The notes under the pieces were generated by a model. That model worked only from the letters and a program-made list of their open reading frames with translations. It had not been told where the DNA came from and did no database searches. Positions 32,849 through 41,347 of a DNA stretch of 64,000 nucleotides are shown one piece after another. A program made the translations under genes and the position numbers. This DNA is from an uncultured Bacteroidaceae bacterium (GTDB lineage Bacteria > Bacteroidota > Bacteroidia > Bacteroidales > SM23-62), in assembly GCA_963767555.1 (NCBI GenBank), contig CAVYEL010000032.1, positions 25,485 to 89,484 on the forward strand. Reading direction: 5' to 3'. Numbering within the stretch: the first letter of the stretch is position 1; each line of letters opens with the position of its first letter.

Positions 32849-33289
32849 TTAAAGAATATTTTTCAGCGTTTGATACATTTCATCGCTTGATTGTCTGCTT
32901 GTCAGCTTTCCTACCTTTTCTTTGGTATCAGCATCAACCAGCAACACAAAACCAGTTGACTGGTTCTCTTTATAGATGTCGGCGACACCCAGTTCAGAAG
33001 CCAGCTTTTCAGACTTAGCCTTAGTTTCTGCCGAAGTGAAATCAAAATTGACCCACTCAACTGCGTCTCCTTCCGCTTTGGTTTGTAATTCCATAACATT
33101 GGGTTTCAGCTTTTTACAGGCACCACAATAATCTGCATGAAAGGTAAGTGCGTAGAGTTTAGTCGTCTTGTCTGCACTGACTGAATTGTCAGCACTGGCT
33201 TTCTCATCTCCACATTGTGCATTAACACTCTCTGTTGCGAAAGCAAAAATCGTAACGGCAGCTAATAGATACATTACTTTTTTCATCAT
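32849..33289 (-). CDS. secreted thioredoxin-fold protein
   Basis: 146 aa. Signal peptide MMKKVMYLLAAVTIFAFATESVNA|Q and a CGAC (CxxC) motif in FHADYCGACKKLKP. Confidence 0.6.
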   Translation of the reverse strand: MMKKVMYLLAAVTIFAFATESVNAQCGDEKASADNSVSADKTTKLYALTFHADYCGACKKLKPNVMELQTKAEGDAVEWVNFDFTSAETKAKSEKLASELGVADIYKENQSTGFVLLVDADTKEKVGKLTSRQSSDEMYQTLKNIL

Positions 33290-33348
33290 ATTTCAATTTT
33301 GGTGAATAATAATTGGAAGCAAATTTATCCAGTGAAGCATACGGGAAA

Positions 33349-33364
33349 TGTCACCCGGGTGACA
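33349..33364. promoter_or_regulatory. perfect 16-bp palindrome TGTCACCCGGGTGACA (TGTCA-N6-TGACA), candidate CRP/FNR-type site
   Basis: Read directly. It sits in the 330-bp intergenic region between the divergent thioredoxin-like gene and the GRE activase operon. Confidence 0.3.
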
Positions 33365-33619
33365 GTATATGCCTTTTAACATTTATTAAACAATTTTGTA
33401 GATTGCCTGATATTAATCCTTGATTTTTTGCATGTTATACATTACTTTTACCAAAAATCAATGGAGGTGAAAGCACCTTTTATCATTACCAGGATGTATA
33501 CTCGTATGGGCCGCGGTCTGTATTCCTGCCTGATTTACTAATATTCCGGGAGCATGGTGACATCCGCTCCCTGCCTCACATTACTAATTCCCTTTTTCTG
33601 ATCAGTTCACCCAGTTTTG

Positions 33620-34414
33620 ATGAAAGCCTGCATTTTTGATATAAAACGATTTGCCATACATGACGGTCCGGGAATCCGCACCACAGTGTTCTTTAAGGGA
33701 TGTCCCTTAAATTGCTGGTGGTGCCATAATCCGGAGGGTATATCTCCTGATATTGAGCACTATACTGAGAAAAAGGAATTCGATGGTGTTTGCCTGCAGA
33801 AGGATCTGGTTCTTGGGCGCTGGATGGGACCAGATGAACTTATGGAGGAAATCGAGAAGGACAGGATCTTCATGGAGGAATCTGGCGGAGGGGTAACCTT
33901 CTCAGGTGGTGAGCCACTGATGCAGGCTGAGGTGGTATTTGCCCTCTTAAAAAAATGCAGGGAGAATAAGATTCACACGGCATTGGATACAAGTGGACTT
34001 GTATCTGAAAAGATCATTCATCAGGCCACTGAGCTGTCTGATCTTATTTTGTATGATCTTAAATCGTTGGATGATAAAATACATCAGAAATATACTGGTG
34101 CCTCCAATGAAAAGATCCTGCACAACCTGGAGATCGCGCTGAAAGGAAAGGCCAGGGTTGTCCTGAGGATACCTATGGTGACCGGATTTAATGATTCAAA
34201 AGCGGATCAGCAACAAATGGTATCCTACCTGAAAAGCCTCGATAAACTGGATCAGGTTGATATTTTGCCTTATCATCAGTTTGGCACTCAGAAATATAAC
34301 AGATTTCATAAAAAAAACAGGCAAAACGGATTCAGTACACCTCCAAAAGAGAAGGTTGTTGAACTGAAGGAGGCATTGATCAATGCCGGTTTTGCAGTTA
34401 ATATAGGAGGTTAA
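33620..34414 (+). CDS. glycyl-radical enzyme activating protein (radical SAM)
   Basis: FDIKRFAIHDGPGIRTTVFFKGCPLNCWWCHNPE (CX3CX2C) and GGGVTFSGGEPL. Sits immediately upstream of the GRE. The ORF-track start at 33617 is TTG; the ATG is at 33620. Confidence 0.85.
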   Translation: MKACIFDIKRFAIHDGPGIRTTVFFKGCPLNCWWCHNPEGISPDIEHYTEKKEFDGVCLQKDLVLGRWMGPDELMEEIEKDRIFMEESGGGVTFSGGEPLMQAEVVFALLKKCRENKIHTALDTSGLVSEKIIHQATELSDLILYDLKSLDDKIHQKYTGASNEKILHNLEIALKGKARVVLRIPMVTGFNDSKADQQQMVSYLKSLDKLDQVDILPYHQFGTQKYNRFHKKNRQNGFSTPPKEKVVELKEALINAGFAVNIGG

Positions 34415-34415
34415 C

Positions 34416-36779
34416 ATGAACGACAGAATAAATAAATTACGTGATCAGAGCCTGCAGGCAGAGAACAGGCTATCAGCTGAACGCGGTGTCCTGGTAACCC
34501 GGTTCTACCAGGATAAAAACATCCAGCATCTCTCAAGACCAATGCAGAGGGGCCTTTGTTTTGAATATATCCTCAAACATAAGGAGATTTGCATCAATGA
34601 GGGGGAATTGATCGTAGGCGAACGGGGTCCATTACCCAAATCAACACCTACCTACCCTGAGATCTGTATTCATACCCTGAAAGACCTTGATATCCTGGAT
34701 GCCAGGGAGAAGGTATCCTTTAGTGTGGATGCCCAGACCAGGAAATCCTTTGAAGAAGAGATTTTACCTTTCTGGACAGGGAACAGCAATCGTGAAAGGA
34801 TCATGGCCCGGTTGCCTGCACAATGGCATGATGCGTATGCTGCCGGGGTTTTTACGGAGTTCCAGGAACAGCGTGCCCCGGGACATACAGTGCTTGGGGA
34901 TAAGATATACCACAAAGGTATGCTGGACATTATCAATGACATCAAGGCGGCAGCAGCAGCTCTTGATCTTATGAATGACCCATCTGCCGTCCACAAGCGT
35001 GAGGAATTGAAAGCGATGGAAATTACGGCCCATGCCATTATCACCTATGCTGAAAGGCATGCTGATGTACTGGAACGCCTGGCAGGAAAGGAAAAAAGCA
35101 GGGAGAGAAAGGCCGAACTGATTGAGATGGCAAGGATATGCCGGAAAGTACCTGCAAATAAGCCGGATACATTTCATGAGGCCCTGCAGTATTACTGGTT
35201 CGTGCACCTTGGTGTGATCACGGAATTGAATCCCTGGGATTCTTTTAATCCGGGGAGGCTGGATCAGCATCTTTATCCTTTCTATCAAGACGGACTGGAG
35301 CAGGGGAGCCTGGATGCCGAATCTGCAAGGGAATTACTTCAGAGCTTCTGGGTGAAATTCAATAATCATCCCTCACCTCCAAAAGTTGGTGTAACAGCAG
35401 AAGAGAGCAATACTTATACGGATTTCAGCCTGATCAATCTGGGAGGACTGGATGCCGAAGGCAATGATGCTGTAAATGAGCTTACTTATTTGCTTCTGGA
35501 AGTGATCGGTGAAATGAGGATACTCCAGCCCAGTTCCATGGTGCAGATAAGCAGGAAAAATCCCGATGATTTTGTCAGGAAAGCTCTGGAGATCATTAAA
35601 ACCGGCTTCGGCCAGCCATCCTGTTTTAATACAGATGCTATCGTCCAGGAAATGTCCAGACAGGGGAAATCCTTACCCGATGCACGCAGGGGAGGGGCAA
35701 GTGGTTGTGTGGAAACCGGTGCTTTCGGCGTGGAATGTTATATCCTTACAGGGTATTTCAACCTGCCCAAAATCCTGGAAATAACCATGAATAACGGCAA
35801 AGATCCGCGAACGGGCAAAATGATTGGGCTGGAAACCGGTGATCCTGTGAATTTCAAGGATTTTAACGGCATGATGGAAGCATTTAATAAACAACTTCAG
35901 CATTTTGTTGATATAAAGATCACTGGTAGCAATATCATTGAACAGGTTTTTGCCAGTGAAATGCCGGTTCCCTTCCTTTCCATCCTGATCGATGATTGTA
36001 TTACCAACGGAAAGGATTACAATGCCGGAGGGGCAAGATATAATACCAATTATATCCAGGGTGTTGGGACCGGAAGTGTGACGGATAGCCTTGCTGCACT
36101 GAAATATCATGTTTTTGACCGGAAAACGCTATCGATGGGGGAATTCCTGGCAACCCTGGCGGCTGATTTTACAGGGAAGGAATCATTTCGATATGACCTG
36201 CTTTATTATACTCCAAAATACGGGAATGACGATAATTATGCCGATGATATCTTAAAAGAAGTATTTGAATATTATTTCAGTGCTGTTGACGGGCGAATGA
36301 GTCCCAGGGGTGCTACTTATCGCATCAATCTTTTACCCACCACCAGCCATATATATTTTGGAACAGTAATCGGTGCCATGCCAGACGGAAGGAAATCCGG
36401 AGAACCCCTGTCCGAAGGTATATCTCCGGTCCAGGGGGCGGATCGTTTTGGACCGACAGCAGTACTGAATTCAGCTGCCAAAATAGATCACCTGCGTACC
36501 GGCGGTACCTTGTTGAACCAGAAATTTACACCGTCCTTCCTGGAAACAGATGAAGGGATAGATAAGGTCACCCGGCTGATCAGAAGCTATTTCAAAATGG
36601 ACGGGCATCATATTCAATTCAACGTTGTTACGGCCGAAACACTTCGCCAGGCGCAGAAAGAACCTGAAAAGTACAGGGACCTGATCGTAAGGGTAGCCGG
36701 TTATAGTGATTATTTCAATGATCTGGGCAAGGACCTGCAGGACGAGATAATCAGGCGGACAGAGCACAAAGCCTACTGA
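34416..36779 (+). CDS. glycyl radical enzyme, PFL2/1,2-eliminase (glycerol dehydratase / HypD-like) family
   Basis: 787 aa. Gly-radical motif RVAGYSDYFNDL near the C-terminus, Cys loop GGASGCVETG, FTEFQEQRAPGHTV and TELNPWDSFNPGRLDQHL. Confidence 0.85.
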   Translation: MNDRINKLRDQSLQAENRLSAERGVLVTRFYQDKNIQHLSRPMQRGLCFEYILKHKEICINEGELIVGERGPLPKSTPTYPEICIHTLKDLDILDAREKVSFSVDAQTRKSFEEEILPFWTGNSNRERIMARLPAQWHDAYAAGVFTEFQEQRAPGHTVLGDKIYHKGMLDIINDIKAAAAALDLMNDPSAVHKREELKAMEITAHAIITYAERHADVLERLAGKEKSRERKAELIEMARICRKVPANKPDTFHEALQYYWFVHLGVITELNPWDSFNPGRLDQHLYPFYQDGLEQGSLDAESARELLQSFWVKFNNHPSPPKVGVTAEESNTYTDFSLINLGGLDAEGNDAVNELTYLLLEVIGEMRILQPSSMVQISRKNPDDFVRKALEIIKTGFGQPSCFNTDAIVQEMSRQGKSLPDARRGGASGCVETGAFGVECYILTGYFNLPKILEITMNNGKDPRTGKMIGLETGDPVNFKDFNGMMEAFNKQLQHFVDIKITGSNIIEQVFASEMPVPFLSILIDDCITNGKDYNAGGARYNTNYIQGVGTGSVTDSLAALKYHVFDRKTLSMGEFLATLAADFTGKESFRYDLLYYTPKYGNDDNYADDILKEVFEYYFSAVDGRMSPRGATYRINLLPTTSHIYFGTVIGAMPDGRKSGEPLSEGISPVQGADRFGPTAVLNSAAKIDHLRTGGTLLNQKFTPSFLETDEGIDKVTRLIRSYFKMDGHHIQFNVVTAETLRQAQKEPEKYRDLIVRVAGYSDYFNDLGKDLQDEIIRRTEHKAY

Positions 36780-36884
36780 TTTTAATGCACATAGCATTGA
36801 ACCCTGGACATTTGACTATCCGAATGTGTTTATTCTTTATAGCAGGCTGGAATAAATTCAGGTAATCAGTATATTTATGACCTG

Positions 36885-37694
36885 ATGAACAGATTGTGCA
36901 TACATAGTATTACAAACAAGCCCTGGAGTCTAGATACCCTTATAGAAAAGTATAATGGATCCGGCGTTCCCGCCATCACGATATGGGAAGACGCCATTAA
37001 GGAGAGAGGTGCCAAAAATGCCGGAGAAAAATTGGCAAAATCAGGTTTAAAGGTTGTATCCTATGCCAGGGGAGGGTTCTTTCCGGATCTATCTGCTGAT
37101 AAGAGGGAGGAGAACATTGACAGGAACAAAAGGATGCTTGAGGAAGCCTCACTTATTGGCGCACCTCTAATGGTACTTGTTTGCGGAGCGGACCCGGGAC
37201 AGTCCCTGCAGCATTCAAGGGATCAGATCAGGTCAGGAATTGAAGCTGTCCTGCCTGTTGCCGCTGACTTTGGTGTAAAGCTGGCCATTGAACCCCTTCA
37301 CCCTATGTACGCAGATACGCGGTCTGCAATAAATACCCTGTGATCTGCAAATGACCTGGCAGAATATTTTGATTCTGAATGGGTTGGTGTGGCCATTGAT
37401 GTCTATCATCTGTGGTGGGATCCGGAGCTCCAACAGCAGATCCAGCGCTGCGGGAAAAAGGGGAATATACTGGCATTTCATATTTGTGATTGGAAAGTAC
37501 CCACTGAAGACCTGCTGCTCGACAGGGAAATAATGGGCCGGGGTTGTATACCGGTCAAAAAGATCAGCCAATGGGTCGATGAAGCAGGATTTGACGGATT
37601 CAGGGAAGTGGAGATTTTTTCAAACCATTACTGGAAACAGGACCAGGATCTTTTTCTCAGGGACATTATTACAGCATACAAGGATACTTATTAA
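36885..37694 (+). pseudogene. xylose-isomerase-like TIM-barrel protein (sugar phosphate isomerase/epimerase family) with in-frame TGA at 37341-37343
   Basis: The two ORFs are in the same frame (504 nt apart) and read ..EPLHPMYADTRSAINTL*SANDLAEYFDSEWVGVAIDVYHLWWDPEL.. Confidence 0.7.
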
Positions 37695-37709
37695 AAATCT
37701 TAAGTTGAA

Positions 37710-38864
37710 ATGAAAGAAAACCGGATAGGTATTATTATGAATGGTGTTACCGGCAGGATGGGTACCAACCAGCATCTTATGAGGTCAATTGTTGAGATCA
37801 TCAAACAGGGTGGTGTAAAATTGGGTAAGCATGAGACCATCATTCCGGATCCGGTCCTGGTGGGCAGGAATGAGGCAAAACTTGAAAAGCTTGCTGAGAT
37901 GAGCGGGATATCCAGATATACAACCAAACTGGAAGAAGCTCTGGCAGACAGGACAAATAAAATATACTTTGATGCACAGACTACCGGCCGCAGGTATGAT
38001 GCGGTAAAAAAAGCCATCAAAGCAGGCCTGCATATCTACTGTGAAAAGCCGGCTGCAGTTGATTCAGGACAGGCAATGGAATTATATGAAGAGTGTGTCA
38101 GGAATAACCTAAAGAGTGGGGTAGTCCAGGACAAACTCTGGCTTCCAGGTATGTTGAAGCTTAAAAAATTAATTGATGAAAATTTCTTTGGCAGGATTAT
38201 TTCTGTCAGAGGAGAATTTGGCTACTGGGTATTCGAAGGCCACAGCATACCCTCACAACGACCCTCGTGGAATTACCGGAAGGAGGATGATGGGGGCATC
38301 ATTATGGATATGCTCTGCCACTGGCAGTACCTGTTGGAAAATTTGTTCGGAAGGATAAACTCGGTTTCCTGCCTGGGTACTACCCACATTCCGGAAAGAG
38401 TGGATGAAAACGGACAAACCTATAAATGTACCGCAGAAGATGCTGCTTACAGTACTTTTATACTGGAGGGAGATATCATCGCTCAATTCAACTCAAGCTG
38501 GACCACCAGGGTTAGAAGGGACGACCTGCTGACAGTACATGTTGATGGTACCCAGGGATCGGCTGTTGCAGGACTCAGAAAATGTTATGTGCAGAACTAT
38601 GAAAACACGCCAAGGCCGGTCTGGAACCCTGATGTCGAGCAGCCCATCCGGTTCCTTGAGAACTGGGAAGAGGTGGGCGCCCGGGAGGACTACGATAATG
38701 CCTTCAAAGTTCAATGGGAGCTTTTTCTGCGACATGTTTTGGGAGATGGACCCTTTCCCTGGAACCTGATGGAAGGAGCCAGGGGTATTCAGCTGGCAGA
38801 GAAAGGACTGGAAAGCTGGCAGAAGAGAGAATGGATGAATATTCCTGATCTTGATCATAGTTAA
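37710..38864 (+). CDS. Gfo/Idh/MocA-family NAD(P)-dependent oxidoreductase
   Basis: 384 aa. N-terminal Rossmann IGIIMNGVTGRMG, the EKP motif (YCEKPAA), and a C-terminal alpha/beta domain. Confidence 0.8.
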   Translation: MKENRIGIIMNGVTGRMGTNQHLMRSIVEIIKQGGVKLGKHETIIPDPVLVGRNEAKLEKLAEMSGISRYTTKLEEALADRTNKIYFDAQTTGRRYDAVKKAIKAGLHIYCEKPAAVDSGQAMELYEECVRNNLKSGVVQDKLWLPGMLKLKKLIDENFFGRIISVRGEFGYWVFEGHSIPSQRPSWNYRKEDDGGIIMDMLCHWQYLLENLFGRINSVSCLGTTHIPERVDENGQTYKCTAEDAAYSTFILEGDIIAQFNSSWTTRVRRDDLLTVHVDGTQGSAVAGLRKCYVQNYENTPRPVWNPDVEQPIRFLENWEEVGAREDYDNAFKVQWELFLRHVLGDGPFPWNLMEGARGIQLAEKGLESWQKREWMNIPDLDHS

Positions 38865-38867
38865 TAA

Positions 38868-39644
38868 ATGAGCATGAAAAAAGTAGCATTGATTACCGGA
38901 GGGAGCAGGGGCATCGGCCTTGGTATTGCCAGGCAACTGATCCTCAAAGATTTCAATCTGGCAATTAATGGCGTTCGTGGTCCCGGACAGGTTGAAGAGT
39001 TAATGGAAGAGTTGAGAAGTTTTGGCCCGGAAGTGAATTACTTCCAGGGTAACATCGCGGATACTGAAGATCAACAGAAAATTGTCAGCAGGGTCAAAGC
39101 TGAGATGGGAAGGATAGATATCCTTGTGAATAATGCCGGCATAGCCCCAAAAGAAAGAAAAGATATCCTGGAAACAACAGAAGAAAGTTTCGACTATGTT
39201 ATGGGGGTGAATCTGAGAGGCACTTTTTTTCTCACCCAACTGGTAGCCAACCTGATGGTCGGGCAAAAGAAGGAAAATGCCGAAGTTTTCAATTGCATCA
39301 TCAATGTTACATCCATCTCTGCCACCATAGCCTCTGTGAACAGGGGAGAATACTGTATATCCAAAGCGGGAACCGGTATGGTCACTGCTCTCTTTGCCGC
39401 CAGGCTTGGGGAATTTGATATTCCGGTATATGAGATCAGGCCGGGGATCATAAAGACAGATATGACTGCCGGAGTAAAGGAAAAATATGATAAGCTGCTG
39501 GAAAATGATCTTTGTATACAGGCCCGGTGGGGCGAACCCGAAGATGTAGGAAAAGTAGCGGCCTCATTGGCTGAGGGTAATTTTCCCTATTCCACGGGAC
39601 AGGTTATTATGGTTGACGGCGGTTTGAGCCTTCCCAGGTTATAA
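38868..39644 (+). CDS. SDR-family oxidoreductase (3-oxoacyl reductase-like)
   Basis: Contains TGGSRGIGLGIA, NNAG and YCISKAG (YxxxK). 256-258 aa depending on which ATG is used (38868 or 38874). Confidence 0.85.
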   Translation: MSMKKVALITGGSRGIGLGIARQLILKDFNLAINGVRGPGQVEELMEELRSFGPEVNYFQGNIADTEDQQKIVSRVKAEMGRIDILVNNAGIAPKERKDILETTEESFDYVMGVNLRGTFFLTQLVANLMVGQKKENAEVFNCIINVTSISATIASVNRGEYCISKAGTGMVTALFAARLGEFDIPVYEIRPGIIKTDMTAGVKEKYDKLLENDLCIQARWGEPEDVGKVAASLAEGNFPYSTGQVIMVDGGLSLPRL

Positions 39645-39670
39645 TTCTTATGAAGCATATAATTTAATTT

Positions 39671-39908
39671 ATGGAAAAATCTCAACGGAAAATTATCTAC
39701 TGGAGGATGTGCATTATTGCAGTGATACTCCTTGCAGCCCTCGGTTTGTCACCTGTGGTGATACCCTCAGGTGTTTATAAACCCAGTTTTTTGGGGTATG
39801 CCCTACACTTTGTGGATGGGGGCTGTGGTTTGTGCCTGCCTGGTCTTGATGACCTTCATCGGATCGAAGGTCCATCCTGGAAATACAAACGAAAATAAAG
39901 AGCTATGA
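39671..39908 (+). CDS. DUF3311-like small membrane protein partnering the symporter; frameshift at T6/G4 tract (39787-39796)
   Basis: After the homopolymers, the alternative frame reads FWGMPYTLWMGAVVCACLVLMTFIG..NKEL* and ends in an ATGA overlap with the symporter start at 39905. Confidence 0.5.
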
Positions 39909-41338
39909 TCAGGTGGTTAATAGTACTGGGAGTTTTATATATCTCCACGCTTGGTTTCCTGGCTATCCGGACCAGAAGAAGGACGAAAGGTACAAATGAC
40001 TTCATATTTGCCGGGGCGAACATCGGCCTGGTAATAGGTTTCATGTCCTTTGCAGCTACTTTATTCAGTACATTCACCCTGATGGGCATGCCCGATTTTT
40101 TCAGGACACACGGGGTCGGGGCATGGATCTTTCTGGCATTCTCTGATGGCGTCATGGTATTCTTTATCCTGTTCTTTGGCTACCATTTACGGAGAAAAGT
40201 GGCGGTAAAGGGATTTCACGGGATGTCCCAGGTGCTGCAGGACAGCTACCGGAACAAGTGGGCAGGTTACGTCTATTTTGCCTGTATATTCCTTTTTCTT
40301 ATTCCATATACGGCAATCCAGATCAGGGGGATCGCAATTTTCCTGAATGCCGCCTTCCCGGGTTTCTTTCCCATATGGGCCTGGGCAGTAGCCATGATCG
40401 TACTGATGTTGCTGTACAGTGAGACAGGGGGACTCAAAGCCATCATGTTTGCTGATGTACTGCAGGGAACCATTTTGCTGATCATCGTATGGGTGATCGC
40501 ATGGAGCTGCATTGAATCCTTTGGGAGTATGAAGGAAATGTTCACGGCCGTGGAAAGAGTTGATGACAGGTTATTATCTGTACCCGGACCGAATGGACTG
40601 TTCAGTTTTCAGTTCCTGCTGGCCACTATGCTGGTCATTGTAATGATCCCGGTTACCCAGCCCCAGCTGACCACACGGTTGGTCATTATGAAAGACCTGA
40701 AATCTACCCACCGGCTCGCTATCGCCGTGGGTTGTTTTGCCATGCTGATCATCCTGCCGACAGCTTTTATCGGTTTCTATGGTGCTGTCAAATATCCGGA
40801 TAGTAATACGGCTGATTTTCTGGCCGGTGTGTTATTGTTTGACCAGCCAGGATTCATCGCTGCTGCGACCATCATCGGACTGATTGCTGCAGCGTTGTCT
40901 ACCAGTGATTCCCAGATTTTTGCCATGGGATCGGAATTGCGTTCTCTCATTGCCATCAAGGATAAAACATTGACAAGGACCCGGGTTGGCATTGTCTTCT
41001 TTGCATTGGCCGCGTTGATTTTTTCCCTCATTGCCAGCGACAAGCTTGTGATGCTTGCAAGGGTCAGTTTCGCAGGCACTGCACTTGCCGCCCCCATGAT
41101 CCTGGCGGCCATACTCAGGGAGAGGCCACCTTCAAAATGGATAGTTGTATTAACGGCTATCACGATCCTGGTTTTTCTGGGTTCCCTGCTCGAACTTGTT
41201 CCCTCAAAAATCGGATTTCTCAGGATGGACCTCGCATTGCTGCTGGTTCTGGGATTGTTCACGATTGTTTCCATTATTATTCAGGACAGGTCCGGCCTGT
41301 CAGAGCAACCGGATACAAATTCCGATTTGAAAGAATAA
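39905..41338 (+). CDS. sodium:solute symporter (SSS) family transporter
   Basis: 477 aa with about 13 TM helices. Typical SSS N-terminus (RTRRRTKGTNDFIFAGANIGLV) and pairing with a DUF3311-type peptide. Confidence 0.8.
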   Translation: MIRWLIVLGVLYISTLGFLAIRTRRRTKGTNDFIFAGANIGLVIGFMSFAATLFSTFTLMGMPDFFRTHGVGAWIFLAFSDGVMVFFILFFGYHLRRKVAVKGFHGMSQVLQDSYRNKWAGYVYFACIFLFLIPYTAIQIRGIAIFLNAAFPGFFPIWAWAVAMIVLMLLYSETGGLKAIMFADVLQGTILLIIVWVIAWSCIESFGSMKEMFTAVERVDDRLLSVPGPNGLFSFQFLLATMLVIVMIPVTQPQLTTRLVIMKDLKSTHRLAIAVGCFAMLIILPTAFIGFYGAVKYPDSNTADFLAGVLLFDQPGFIAAATIIGLIAAALSTSDSQIFAMGSELRSLIAIKDKTLTRTRVGIVFFALAALIFSLIASDKLVMLARVSFAGTALAAPMILAAILRERPPSKWIVVLTAITILVFLGSLLELVPSKIGFLRMDLALLLVLGLFTIVSIIIQDRSGLSEQPDTNSDLKE

Positions 41339-41347
41339 TTGAATTAG

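Noticed and set aside
33461-33541. 26-codon ORF (MEVKAPFIITRMYTRMGRGLYSCLIY*) in the GRE upstream region. I also considered a possible riboswitch in 33420-33616.
   Set aside because: It has no enrichment of regulatory codons and no recognisable riboswitch core motifs. It is probably a chance ORF.
37341-37343. Selenocysteine codon in the TIM-barrel gene.
   Set aside because: The family is not a known selenoprotein family. The position falls in a variable helix rather than a redox motif. I saw no obvious stem-loop immediately downstream.
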